A stretch of 63,989 bases of DNA, filler included, from Perkinsus olseni (GCA_013115125.1; 4 parts of 4 records of this genome joined end to end with filler, not necessarily neighbours in it), one strand, 5' to 3'; shown: positions 12,692-24,800, counted from the whole stretch's first letter. Numbers and translations: made by a program. The notes: generated by a model not told the origin, from the sequence alone.

Positions 12692-15600
12692 TTTTTTTTA
12701 CGGTCCGTAAACCATTCGACGGAATAGAGTAGGGAGAGGACTATAATAATGCTATGAAGCTATAACCCTCTCGCTAAAGCAACGAACCGCGCGACATTAA
12801 TAGTGTTTTCACGAACAAAGTCGTCTCTATCCGCCACAATACGAGAATTCCCGAAACATTGAATTCGAATATTCTCATATTTCTGGCAAACGAATAATCT
12901 ATGTCTGATATCATCAACAACTTCATTATCGTCGTCAGTACACAAGGTACATAAAGGACTATCTACTTTCCCTATTCTAAATAAATAGTCATGACAGACT
13001 GACCAATGACCAGATAAGATCTGATTCACATTCGAATGTACATAACGCATTGTAACATTAGGAAGTGACATCATATCTGGTATTGTATCGGGGAGATCAA
13101 TAATGGGATTACATCTGCGACCCCGATTAATGAAGGACTTGATAGCCGAAGGTGGCAGGGGACACTCACACTGAACCAATTCAGTGCCTTCCTTCGCCAA
13201 TGCATCCACAAGATCATTACGGATCAAACCACAATGGGAACTAACCCATACAAACTCACAGGAAGCTACATCACATGATATTTGGTGTAGCATTCTCCAA
13301 AGTGGAATGATATCTGCACTCAGATTATAAGGATCACCTTGCAGAGCCGAGTAGAGAGACAAAGAATCACTAACAAACAGAACTGTACTAGTATCGTCCA
13401 AGTTCTGTTGGATTAGATACTTCGCACAATTCTGAACTGCTAGAATCTCTGCAGTATATGATGAAGCTAGAATCCCTGCAGGAGCGCTATCTTCCCACAC
13501 AGGTTCCAAGAGAGGGGAACTTATATCATCAATAGTCTCAAAAGAATATCTCCAAACTGCACTGCCAGCTCCTCCATGCCCCGATTCAGCGTCTACTGAT
13601 CCATCGGACCAAGCCTCCCATCCATCGTTGGCATATTCTCTCAATCGGTTCCTCACTCTATCAAGTAATGATGAAGCTTCATTCCTTCTCAGAGTGTCAT
13701 CATCTGTGCGCAAACAAGATGTAGCCGAGAATACCACCTTTAAAGACAACCACGGGGCAATCCTTGATGGCAATGGAGAAATCAGATGATACATATTCCT
13801 AGGAAGATGTTCTTCAGATAGTTCTCGCCAACACTTCGTCTTCAAGCGTTTCTTTTTATTCTTAGCCTCATACAATAAAGATTGCTTCGCCGGAGAAGGT
13901 TGAGGATGTTGGAGAGCTGAGTATGCTAAGTGAGCTGCTCGACGAGATACTCTCTGTGCTAAATCTTCCCAACCCACAATCTTAGGTAACTTATCAACCT
14001 TCGTCATCTTCAAGCAACCCGAGATGAGTCGCAGCGTCGCATTGTACCCAGTTTGGAGCTTGGAAGAGCTTCTTTTGTTGCCCACAACACCAAAGAACCT
14101 CGGCGACGCATACAGAGCGCTGGACATAATGAACTGGTCTGCGAGCTGCTTAATAGCATTGTATCCAGTACCCCATGATCTAGAACTTATATGGTTCAGT
14201 ACTTTTATTCGAGCATAAACCTTCTTCTGCCATAGATCACAGTGTTTTGCGTACGTAAGAGCTTCATCAACATAAAGACCGAGCATACGTTGATCGTGGG
14301 TACGGGGTACTAGCTCGGGACCAATATATAGGTCTACATCTCCACTACGGATGTGATAATTAGTTGAGAATACAACTAAAGCGGATTTGGCCGCATTTAG
14401 TTTAATAGAAGAAGTAGTGAAGAAGTCATGAGCACCGTTGAGCTGTTTTTGCATCAAAGAGAGCTTCTCATCAAAATCCGAAATCCGCACAGACATCGTG
14501 ATGCACACATCATCCGCTAAACAGAAAGTACGGAAAAAAGCACCTTCTACCTCCCCATCCCATAGATAGGATATCAAGGGCGACATATATGCGAGCCATA
14601 AGACAGGACTACAAGAGCATCCTTGGGGGACTCCTCGTCGTATTATTCTTCTACTAGAGCTAGAAGTGCCCCATAATGTGTGTACAATCCTACCCTTGAT
14701 AAAATTCCTCAACCACCTCCATAGTCGAGGAGGAGTAGCGATACTCCCCAGCCTAGCCAGAAGTATGTCATGTCGTACGAAATCATATGCAGATGTAGCA
14801 TCCAGGAAGACGGTTACCACTGCTCTATCCTTCTGAACTTCATCCTCCAGATATTGAGAGAAAGCACATGCTTGTTGTTCGGCTGACATACCTCTCCTAA
14901 AGCCTGATTGCTCAGGTTGGATTGAACCAGAGCAGGATTCGATATAGTGTGTGATCCTCCTAGTGACCATCTTATCGGCTACGCGGGCCAAAGCGTTTGT
15001 CAGTGCTATGGGCCTGAATGCGCCTACTTTGGGTTTCGGTACTGGACATAACCGAGACGTCCGCCACTGCCGAGGAATTGCATCTTGTACCCATGATTTG
15101 TTCAAGACAACGAGGAAAATATTCATAGCCTCGTCCGGCAAGAACTTCAGACACTGCATCGGAATATTATCACTTCCTCCAGCCATATTGAGCGACATCG
15201 AATGTAGGGTGAACTTCAATTCATTTGACGAGAACAACTCATCATAGTCTTCTCGCTGGGAATTGTCGGCAAATTCCCAACACTCATCTTCTAGTACCAC
15301 CCATTCTGGCTCATCACCATTCACCCAATCTACCCGACAATGGTTCTTGCCAGTACTGCAGTCTACATGAGTTATAATCCCATCAAACCATTCATTACTC
15401 CCCCCCTCTGAACCAATCAAAATACGAACAATCTCGCCTCTCTCTACCTTCCGTTCTTCACCACATCGGCTCAGCTCCGCTTTAACCCTATCACGAATCC
15501 TTCTATACGCCCTTCGTTCTTCTGTTCTCTCAGTATAGTGTTCAGATCTCGTATTATGAACATTGAAAGCTTCAGCTTTCGCTCTCTCATCGAAATAGGT

Positions 15601-15909
15601 CACATTACCCTCTCCGACGGCCTTAGGCAAAATCAGGGGAAATTGGTGTCTTGCTGAAGGACGGGATCCATCCAGTCCTCTCACCACTCTCCAAACAGTG
15701 TTGTCCGGTGTCGCAGGATTCAATTGTGCGCAAAAATCTTCTCAGCTTCTCTTCTTTGCCTCGAGAATCAAGCGATTACAATCTAACCTCGCTTGTTCAT
15801 AAATATCACCGTCTTCCTCCGATCCCGATTCCCTAAACTTTTTCAACGCCTCTCTTCGGGTTTTCACAGCCCCCTCTACTTCATCAGTCCACCAGATATA
15901 TTCTCTAGC
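12692..15909 (-). mobile_element. Non-LTR retrotransposon (I/Tad1/Ingi-like), 5'-interrupted, with A8 tail
   Basis: RT-RNase H ORF, short 3' UTR and A8 tail at 12692-12699; upstream frame continues (WWTDEV..AKKRS*EDFC) until cut by the repeat at 15910. Confidence 0.9.
12760..15723 (-). CDS. LINE ORF2 fragment: Tudor-like insert, reverse transcriptase, RNase H, C-terminal zinc finger
   Basis: RT motifs FRPIAL, QSGFR, FLDATSAYD, GVPQG, LADD; RNase H WSDGS, SYTAEILA, SDSLS, WVSSHCGLIRNDLVDALAK; CTLC..H..C; in-frame TGA at 15742-15744. Confidence 0.92.
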   Translation of the reverse strand: MNPATPDNTVWRVVRGLDGSRPSARHQFPLILPKAVGEGNVTYFDERAKAEAFNVHNTRSEHYTERTEERRAYRRIRDRVKAELSRCGEERKVERGEIVRILIGSEGGSNEWFDGIITHVDCSTGKNHCRVDWVNGDEPEWVVLEDECWEFADNSQREDYDELFSSNELKFTLHSMSLNMAGGSDNIPMQCLKFLPDEAMNIFLVVLNKSWVQDAIPRQWRTSRLCPVPKPKVGAFRPIALTNALARVADKMVTRRITHYIESCSGSIQPEQSGFRRGMSAEQQACAFSQYLEDEVQKDRAVVTVFLDATSAYDFVRHDILLARLGSIATPPRLWRWLRNFIKGRIVHTLWGTSSSSRRIIRRGVPQGCSCSPVLWLAYMSPLISYLWDGEVEGAFFRTFCLADDVCITMSVRISDFDEKLSLMQKQLNGAHDFFTTSSIKLNAAKSALVVFSTNYHIRSGDVDLYIGPELVPRTHDQRMLGLYVDEALTYAKHCDLWQKKVYARIKVLNHISSRSWGTGYNAIKQLADQFIMSSALYASPRFFGVVGNKRSSSKLQTGYNATLRLISGCLKMTKVDKLPKIVGWEDLAQRVSRRAAHLAYSALQHPQPSPAKQSLLYEAKNKKKRLKTKCWRELSEEHLPRNMYHLISPLPSRIAPWLSLKVVFSATSCLRTDDDTLRRNEASSLLDRVRNRLREYANDGWEAWSDGSVDAESGHGGAGSAVWRYSFETIDDISSPLLEPVWEDSAPAGILASSYTAEILAVQNCAKYLIQQNLDDTSTVLFVSDSLSLYSALQGDPYNLSADIIPLWRMLHQISCDVASCEFVWVSSHCGLIRNDLVDALAKEGTELVQCECPLPPSAIKSFINRGRRCNPIIDLPDTIPDMMSLPNVTMRYVHSNVNQILSGHWSVCHDYLFRIGKVDSPLCTLCTDDDNEVVDDIRHRLFVCQKYENIRIQCFGNSRIVADRDDFVRENTINVARFVALARGL

Positions 15910-15981
15910 TCTACACCATTTCCAGACCTACTTAGTAAAACCCTAGACCAAATTAGTAAATCCCCAGAGCAATTTAATAAA
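15910..15981. repeat. Repeat terminus inserted in the LINE (inverted copy of 1-73)
   Basis: TCTACACCATTTCCAGACCTACTTAGTAAAACCC is the reverse complement of the 1-73 end. Confidence 0.75.
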
Positions 15982-16081
15982 NNNNNNNNNNNNNNNNNNN
16001 NNNNNNNNNNNNNNNNNNNNNNNNNTTAATTAATTAANNNNNNNNNNNNNNNNNNNNNNNNNNNNNNNNNNNNNNNNNNNN
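15982..16081. other. Artificial contig linker
   Basis: N44-TTAATTAATTAA-N44 (stops in six frames). Confidence 0.98.
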
Positions 16082-16159
16082 CACGGAACTGCGCTTGCCT
16101 CAGGTTCCGGTGCTCGCACGCCCCACTCCCCCTCCCCACACTCAGAGGTTTCACTGCAT

Positions 16160-18115
16160 AGATGCTTAAAGACATCCCTCTCACTGCTGGGGATTGGATC
16201 AGCAACACCTGCGATGACACCCATACCGGAATCAGGGGGAGATCCCTGGGGCACAAGCGGCGCTTGTCAAGCGCTTGAAGGCCCTCCAATGGAGGGTCGA
16301 CTCGCTTCTCCAGTGGCAAGCTCGTGAATAGTAAGCGTCGGTTTGCTCTCGGACTCCGAGACTCGGAGAAGGTACATACAACCTAGTCTCACATAAATTA
16401 AATTTATGGAAATTTATTAAATTTCCTCAACCGAGGCCGGTTGAGAAGTGGCCGGAAATGTGGCTCGAAAGCCCCTACGACCATCCGTGGTACAGCGGAT
16501 GGTTGTTGAGCACTCCATGCAGGTTTGCCACCCGGCATCAGCAGTGGTACTCAGACCTTACGCTTTGGATCGCTTTAACCGGTCCATTAACTTAATGCTT
16601 GTAAAGTCTTCTAGCGCTCATCGTCGCCTCTAGTCGCTATCTCAGGTTCCCAGTACGAGGCTCAAGGCTCTGGCCCTACTACTAAAGCACACAGTGTGGG
16701 CGCTGGGAACTCTAGAGCGTCTATGAGAGATTTCCTGGAGAAACCAGAGATCAGTTTCGCTATAGAAGAAGCTCTTCAGCAGAACGAGACGATTGACGTG
16801 TTCGCGCGAGACTTCGACAAATTGGGTGAGCAGCTCACCCAATTTGCTCACCGTGAGCTGGCTTCTTTCGGCTGAGTAAAGTCCGAAAGAAAATAGGCAG
16901 GTGTTTACGACACTCGCATGGCGGTGCTGGACGCAAGTCTGGGCGCGGGCACGGAGGCTGGCATCACTGAGGTGAGAGGTGCAGTCTTAGGCGCTCAGAT
17001 GAGTGTCTCATCGTGGTCAGTGCCGCAACTTCCATGATGTGGCCTACACCAAGAACAAGAGAGTTGAGTGCATCCACTGGGTACCGGGGGAGTCCGATGT
17101 CATCGCAGCTTCCTACTTAGAGAACCTCACCTACGGCCAAAGGCTAGACAGTGTCTAGGCTAGACACTGTCTAGCCTTTGGCCGAAATCAGATTTCAGAC
17201 GCGCAGGGTTCAGGAATCAGAAAATTTCTGATTCCTGAACCCTGCGCGACGCGGCGCGTTTCACCTAGCCGAAATCTCGGACGCGCCTGTAGCTCGACCG
17301 CGTCCCGGCGGCGCGCCCGGCCGCCGCAAAATTACGTTACGGACCGTTACGGCTGACTTTTACGGTAACGCTTCAAGGCCCGTAACGTAAAGTTACGGCG
17401 CCGTAACGGCCCTTACGGAGTCATGGACAAAACGGGAAATTGCCATTCAAGTCGTCTGAGTCTGTTTCATGTGAATGCGCATGCGTTAACGAGGCCGGCT
17501 CGGCAGTTCCGGGTCAGTCTGGGAGTGAGACGGATGGAATTTCAAAGGGAGGCGAGTGGGCAATGCAGAGCCAAATGTTAGTCTCCCAGCGCTTCGGTTG
17601 AATCCGAACCACCAATAATGAGTTTAACAACTATTTGAGCTATGGTCAAATGCCTTACAGCGACTGTTTCCGCCACAATTCCAAAAAGGCAGTTCAGCAC
17701 TAACCGTAAACGGTGAGCTGGTGAGCAGATGGGGCTTACGACTTTACGGCGTAAAGTCGTAAGCCCCTTCCGTAACCGTAAACTACTTACGTTACGCGCA
17801 CCGTAACGTAAACCGCAGAGAAGCCGTAGCGGTCCCCATGTATAGCTCGGGGTGACCCCAGTGGGGTCGATCCCTGGAAGTTTCAACTTTTGAGCAAGTG
17901 GCAAGGGCGACACCGTCATCAAAAGACCGGAAACAGAGTACCTAAAACTCCGATGCCCAGGCATCATGGCTGAGACATTTACCAACAGACGCGTCGGACG
18001 CGCCTACGCGGTGACCCAGCAGGCGCGCCTGTGAGAGCACGACCATACGCGACACGCGCCTGGAGGCGCGTGAGGTACGCCTAGGTGAAACCCAGCTAGA
18101 CACTATGGGGAAGGT
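16160..18115 (+). pseudogene. Decayed partial duplicate of DNAI3/WDR63
   Basis: Aligns exon by exon with ~22045-22992; has deletions, palindromic insertions and an inserted element at ~17150-18095. Confidence 0.85.
17257..18095. mobile_element. Non-autonomous hAT-like element with a damaged left end
   Basis: Terminal inverted match GTTTCACCTAG / CTAGGTGAAAC; many TTACG/CGTAA subterminal repeats; 8-bp target CTAGACAC at 18096-18103, single copy in the intact paralog (~22972-22979). Confidence 0.7.
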
Positions 18116-19000
18116 AAGTCGTATCTGTCTCTGCCTCCCTTCAACGAGTCGCACAGGCGTGGCAGTCCAGTGACGTTTAGAAGGGATTAGAAATAGGCTG
18201 ATCATTAGTAATTAGAAGAGGACCGAGGAACTGCATGGCTCTTCTATTTCTGGGTTCCTTTGGCGGCGCAGTTGATCGGTCGGTCTATGGTCATTTCTCG
18301 CTGAATTTTCCAACGTCTGCCTCAGCGGGCAACCCGGGCGCTCAGCGAGCGTTGCATTGTGTCAAAGTTCTTGCTCATCATTAGGATCGCTACTGATCGG
18401 AATCCAAATCAGCCGCAGCCTGTTCAAGCATACCACACTGGAATTTCCAGCAGTCACCGCATTGAGACCAGAGATGAGGTGCACACTGCATTGGTGCTGA
18501 ACACGCATTCTGCTAGTGTTCGATGAGACTCATATGAGACACTGTCTGTGACCCACTCAACAGGAACATCAATATCAGGCTCCGCGTGAGGGAGCATCTG
18601 CACCGCAGAATCTGCAGCCAGCTATGCACTGGTACGGCTTCTCAAGTATCCTCACGGCGTGATTCACGCAGAAGGATAAACCGCGGACGGGGCTCCAGCG
18701 AGCTTACGTTCAGTCAGCCATTTTTGCGGAATTCTTTGCTTCTATTGGGTTTTTCGAAATCGTAGGGTTCTGCAGCCCACCCTTGCTCGGGTATTGACTT
18801 TTCGACGATAGGACCTATCGCCGAGAGTATCGTAGGTCGCCCTTTATTCATGATAACCAACATTTAAAGTTGACGGCGAGAAGACAGGCGGACGCGCACG
18901 CCACTGATTCGATCTGGAACAGCTAGTCTCGTGACCTCCCCCTCACAGAGGACATGAATCCTACTCGGCGAGTAGTACTCGCATGCTCGGAGAGTCGTTC

Positions 19001-19762
19001 ATGATCGGGGTCATCATCGTTGTCATCTCCTCCATGGTATTGGTCCACGCCGACGCCTTCTTGGTGAATGACACTGCCGTCAGCCTAGGCCGAAGTACTC
19101 CACTTCGCGCTCTGCGTCTGCCTGTTGAGGCTGAGCAGCTGCCCAAGTGCTTACCTCCAGCTGATCAATTTGGTGGGGAGAACTACTGCTGGTTCATTCT
19201 GAAGGACTCTCCTCAGACTCAAGTCCATTCCGGCATGCTCATCCGCTCCAATACTTCCCACACAAGCTGGTACGCTACTCTGGAACTTATAGTCCTTGCG
19301 CCGCCGGACTCGCTCCCGACCGATGTTGGCATCTGGGCTGAGGGTTATACTTTCCTGAAACTCTTTCTGCCAAAGGGGATAACGGTGGACTTAACCTTTT
19401 ATGTGCCTCGGTGCGGGGCAGTTGGAGGAAAAGATGTCGGCAAGGACGAGAAGGAAATCGAGTTCAAAGTAGAACTGACCACCGCCGTGAACGTTCCCGG
19501 TATGGACGCGTTGAAGGCGAACGGGGAAAACTTTGCGAGTGCTTCTATCTTTACTTCGGGCGGAATGAATCAGATTTTTGCAGATGTCACTGCGCAAGGG
19601 GTAGCTGGTCCTTTGTCGTCGGAGATAACTTTCTACGGTGAAGTTTGGGCAGTGGATCTCGTACATTGGCATTACGACTGTAACGTTGAAGTGATTCTAC
19701 ATGGTCCGAATATCGATTTCAACGAGCTATTACTCGTGTTCAGTCAAGAATCTGATCTCTGA
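19001..19762 (+). CDS. Secreted hypothetical protein (Perkinsus-type family)
   Basis: Signal peptide MIGVIIVVISSMVLVHA; intact single-exon ORF, beta-strand-like pattern. Confidence 0.75.
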   Translation: MIGVIIVVISSMVLVHADAFLVNDTAVSLGRSTPLRALRLPVEAEQLPKCLPPADQFGGENYCWFILKDSPQTQVHSGMLIRSNTSHTSWYATLELIVLAPPDSLPTDVGIWAEGYTFLKLFLPKGITVDLTFYVPRCGAVGGKDVGKDEKEIEFKVELTTAVNVPGMDALKANGENFASASIFTSGGMNQIFADVTAQGVAGPLSSEITFYGEVWAVDLVHWHYDCNVEVILHGPNIDFNELLLVFSQESDL

Positions 19763-21829
19763 TCTCCTAATCTCTACTCCTATTCTTCTCTCTATTAATC
19801 TCATTTCGAGTCATAATCGAGCTTTGGTGGTGTAATAGCTCTCCATTATTACGATTTTCATGCCTTTGCTTTTATTCGGTTGCTCTGCAATGCGAGCTGG
19901 CGACCGATTTTATATCAATGCGAGTAAGGTTGAGTACACATGAAACCTTCCTCTATTTACTCTTGTTATCTTCGGCTAACTTGTTTATTACCTACCATTA
20001 CATTAAGGAAAGCATAGCATCACGAGATTGTGCTACGTAGCGTTATTACTGTCAAGGTCACTGCCGAGCATCGACCTGAGACGTATACTGTGAGCCTCGG
20101 AACTCTATGTTTCAGAAATGTCAATGCGTATGCGTATGCTGTGACACTAGCCTGCTTCGATGGCCTTTTACTTAGCTCGTACCCACTCACCGATAGTTCA
20201 AGGATGGAGACTCACTCTGGAGACGAGATTCTTATTGGGTTGTATGGAGGCTTTGAACCTGCCTAGGTTCGGACAGCCCTGCGTATAATGTATAATCAGT
20301 TTTTAGGGATAGACTTACCGAGGGTGAAAGTTTCACCCTCGGTTAGTATATGGGGCTGAATGGATTATGCGAGCTCAACTACGTGGTAACATTCAAGGAA
20401 ACTCTTCATCGAACGGAGAACAGTCCGGCAGTCCCCCCCCGCTCTGCATGCGAATGATGTGTTGGCCCCGATCGAGCCTGAGCTGGCCCACATTCGCCTG
20501 GGAGAGGCCAAGGGGACGTGGAGAGATGAAGAGCTGCGTGCGGCTGTCCGAACGATAGTAGACACTGGTATTGATTGCAAGCACTAGGACCTCTGTCGTA
20601 TCATGCTATGCGACGAGGAGGGCACTGTGGTTGGTTATGAAGCATGCTACTTAATACTGAGGCTTGAGGCGTTTGGTCATGGGATACACTATGCTAGTTC
20701 AATCGGTGCCGAGACTAATGACAATATTGGGATAGCAGGGTCGCGACGGCGACGATGAATGTATTGCCTTCCACCGGCATCGGCCGTGAAACAGCAGTAT
20801 CTGCGCGAGCTTTAAGCTTTGCTTTCGAAAATCACGCGCGTGTATCGTCTCTTTCATATTTTACAGGTTCGAGTACAGGAAGCTGGTCAGCGCGGCTATA
20901 TCGTGGTAGCCAGAGCGATAACACCGGCTGTCTCATCACCGGCAGCCCAACGCTACGCGCTCCATGTACCCTCGCCAAGAATCACTCCATGTTGAGTGTA
21001 GCTTCTCACCGCTTGACAATAAAATCTCGTGGTTCAGTAATAACGCCCCGTTTGTTCGCATAACAGCTCCCGAAGAGGCCCCAGCTTCCAGGCTTTTCCA
21101 ATATAGATATGCTCTTAGGAGTGACACTTCTCTGACAGAGAGTCCCTGTCGTTCCACTGGGCATAGCGCAGCCTTGGAAAGGTATTGATTGAAAATTTCG
21201 CCCGAGAAGCCTTACTAGAGTCTCAAGGCGATAATAAGTACCCGAAACGGGTTACGGTTTCGATAACCGTAAGATACCTTGGCGCGATCGCCGTTCCGCT
21301 ACTGAGCTGAAGAGTGGCTTCGGTCATGTGGGCAACGCTTCTCAATGTAGATGCCTCACGTCGCCGCTGTTGCCGCCCTCTTAATCGGTACGTCGTGCTT
21401 CCTCCAATCTTCACCTTTTCGATGTCATGGAGGTCCTACCTCCTCCACCGGCGTTCTAACCGAAAGCAGCGGCCAACCTCATCCTTACGTTTGTCAGTTG
21501 ATCGCTGAGAAGGCCGGTAGGTACGTTCTAGCTAGGCGGGCAAGGCACTGTAAGCTGCTAGCTGGGCAGTGTCTGCTTAGTTAAGCGCTGTTTGCCGTCC
21601 CTTCTGAGCGGCTCTGTGTCGGTGAGGGTTTCCGAGATGGCCGCTTGCTCCGGGTACCCGTCGTACCAGCCAGAACTCGCCTGACTTTGCCACGTGTTCT
21701 ACTGGGCAAGCCGAGTTTGAACGTTCGGGCCGAGGCCACATCTTCTACTCGAGCCATCGTTCGCTCTCGGCGGCCGACGGCGCCAGTGCTCACCGTGACT
21801 TTTCTGATCCGACAGGGACGAGGTTAGAT

Positions 21830-24800
21830 TTATGGAACCTGCTACCACAGCATTGCTGTGGATGCGAGGTCTATAAACCTGCTCTCCACTGAGCTCGTCT
21901 TGTGGAAGTGCCTTCATAGAACTAACATAAATGGCCTGCTGGTCACCTCCAGAGTTGCGAGCCAACAAGACCCAGAAGGAGCTCACTCTCCATGAGAAAG
22001 TGCGGACTGGATACATCCGCACCTTCCCCTGTCACACCTGCCCAGATACTCAAAGACATCCCTCTGACTGCTGGGAATTGGATCAGCGCCACCCATGATA
22101 AAACCGATAGCGAAATCAGGGGAACAGTGCCCGTGCAGAAGCATCCGGTGGCTCGGTACATCGCCACCAAACCAGCTTCCCAGCTTGGAGGGCCGACCCT
22201 CTTCTCCAGTGGTGAGCTCCTGCGGAATAGTAAGCACCTCGATCCATCATCACTGCTCTCGGAGAAGGTACATACAACCTAGTCTCACATGAATTCCCTC
22301 AACCAAGGTCGAAGAAAATGGTCGGCGATGGGGCCCGCAAGTCCCTACGACCATCGGTGGTGCAGCGGATGGTTGTTGAGCACTCGATGCAGGCTTGCCC
22401 ACCCGCCATCAACAGTGGAACTCAGACCTTACGCTTTGGACCGGTTAACGCCTGTAGAGTCTTCCATCCACACAGGGCCTTTCAGTCGCGTTCTCAGGTT
22501 CCCAGTACGAGGCTCAAGGCTCTGGCCGAACTACTACTAAAGCACACAGTGTGGGGGCAGGGAACTCGAAAGCGGCTCTGAGAGATTTCCTGGAGAAACC
22601 GGAAATCAGTTTCGCTATAGAAGAAGCTCTTCAGCAGAACGAGACGATAGACGTGTTCGCGCGGGACTTCGACAAACTGGGTGAGCTGGCTCATTTTGGC
22701 TGAGTAACGTCCGAACGAAAATTGGCAGGTGTGGACGACACTCGTATGGCGATGCTGGACGCAAGTCTGGTCTCGGGAACGGAGGCTGGCATCACTGAGG
22801 TGAGAGGTGCAGTCTTAGGCGCTCAGATGAGTGTCTCATCGTGGTCAGTGCCGCAACTTCCATGATGTGGCCTACACCAAGAACAAGAGAGTTGAGTGCA
22901 TCCACTGGGTACCGGAGGAGTCCGATGTCATCGCAGCTTCCTACTTAGAGAACCTCACCTACGGCCAAAGGCTAGACACTATGGGGAAGGCAAGTCTTCC
23001 CTTAGCGGGGAGCAGAGGGGAGTCAGTCCATTGGCGGCACTTTGCCGTGTAGCCACCCCTGCATGTATGAGCGGTCCCTCACTCCTCTTGGGAATGGACG
23101 GCCTACCGCGTGCCGAAGGGATGCTTCAGATGCTCCAACTCTCGGCTTCCGATAACTCGCCAGCCGTGTGCCTCGGGGAATCGCTTCTTCCCACAGCCCC
23201 GTCCATCATGCGTCCTACTCTGGTCATTTCATGACCCCTTGGCCCCCCACGCCGCCCTGCTCTCGCCCAACGAAGTGGTCACCTTCTCCTTCTGCCCTAC
23301 AGACCGTCGCTTCGTCGTCGGCGCCCTCATCACCGGCCAGGTGATGGCTTCTCGCGGAAGACCGTGCATGCCGCTTAGGTTAGCCGTTCTCGTTCAGATG
23401 GTGCTTTGGCGAGTAACGGATCAGGAGTTGGGCCTCTCTGCTGCCAAGCGAGGGAAGGTAGCCCGAAAGAAGCGCGATAAGGATAGCAGTAAAGAAGAAG
23501 GGGGAAAGTCAGAGAAGAAAAAGAAGTCCACGGGGACGAAGACTAGATCAGTACTGCGAATAAAGCACAAGTAAGACTGCCCTTTCAGTTCACGGCACGT
23601 GAATAAAACCATGGCTGACGTATTCTAACTGCCAGCCACATCAGGGCCGTTAACGGTGCTATACCCCACCATCGGATGTTGTCTCCGTATGGTGTGGTAC
23701 GTGCACGCGAAATAATATCTGGTAGTTAGTACCACAAAAGTGCCTTCATTTTGGAAATATGCCGACGGATTTTTGGCTCTGTATTCCAGTAGCTCATGAC
23801 GAGCTCCGCCCCGCGACTCTCTCAATAACCGTCCTAAACGGCTATCGAATGATTCGCATGCACACTGGTGATGCCTGTCAGGCTGGTCTCCACTATAGAC
23901 GACTCGCACAAGCGAGCCTGTCGATCCATTGCTTGGTTGCCTCACTGGGTCGATGTGGAACGGAAGGGAAAGTGTGTGGACCGAAGAGAGAAGGAATTGG
24001 ACGACGATGGTGAGACGACTGAACGTAATGAAGGTATACTCATGTCAGACGACGCTTCTGAGAAGGCAAAATTCTTCGTGACCATCGCGGGAGACGGCCA
24101 AGTTCTTTTGTGGGATTTCCAGACCGCTAGGGATGCCGTCGTGAGGGGTGAGGAAGGAAAACCTTTGATATCTATCTGATCATGGAGGACGCATCGTGGA
24201 CAGCAGGAGAACATGATTTTACCTGGCGACCCATCCATAGTATCCAGCTGCAAAGACAGGACTCTGGTACGGAGATGGGCTGTACCCACATACTACCACT
24301 CGTTTCGATGAACCTCACTCACAAGCCTCAAGAGGTGAGCGCAAAGGGGGTGACGGAGGGCGAAGGTCTGACCCCGTTCTGATAGGACCATGAGTCGGCT
24401 TCGCTGAGTAACTTCTTCGCCACGACAGAAGAGGGTGAACTCATTTACGGGGACTGGGCCGCTAAAGCCAGCGGCGATAAGAAGCCCGAGTGACGATCGG
24501 CGTCTTGCAGGTGGCTCCCGATCCAGTGTTGGTAAACAGGTTCGTGAAGTCTCTGTGCGATGCGAATAAGACATTCCGTCCTCTCCTGCAGCTGAGTGAT
24601 TCCGATAGAATCAGGGTGAGTCCATCCGTGAGGAAGTCATTGCCTGCTCGACCGTCGGGGTGATGAGCGGCGATGAGCGCTCGTCGCCGGCGGCGGTCAT
24701 GTTCAGCTCACGCGGAAGGGAACTCACGTATTTCTCAAGGCTTCTCACATGTGCTCATAAAAGCATATTCTCATCGATAGCTCCGTTAAGACGTCTCTGT

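Noticed and set aside
15742-15744. TGA at expected Trp positions (also 58484-58486) as possible UGA recoding
   Set aside because: TGA ends normal genes here (DNAI3, CLP1); TGG-to-TGA decay is simpler
15982-16081. TTAATTAATTAA inside N runs at ~16-kb spacing
   Set aside because: Artificial linker joining length-sorted contigs, not biological periodicity
20366-21510. Possible multi-exon gene upstream of DNAI3
   Set aside because: I could not build a stop-free model or recognise a domain
22686-22705. CATTTTGGCTGAG resembling the dinoflagellate/Perkinsus spliced leader
   Set aside because: Partial match inside an intron, with no CCGTAGC 5' part; I found no SL gene or relic by eye
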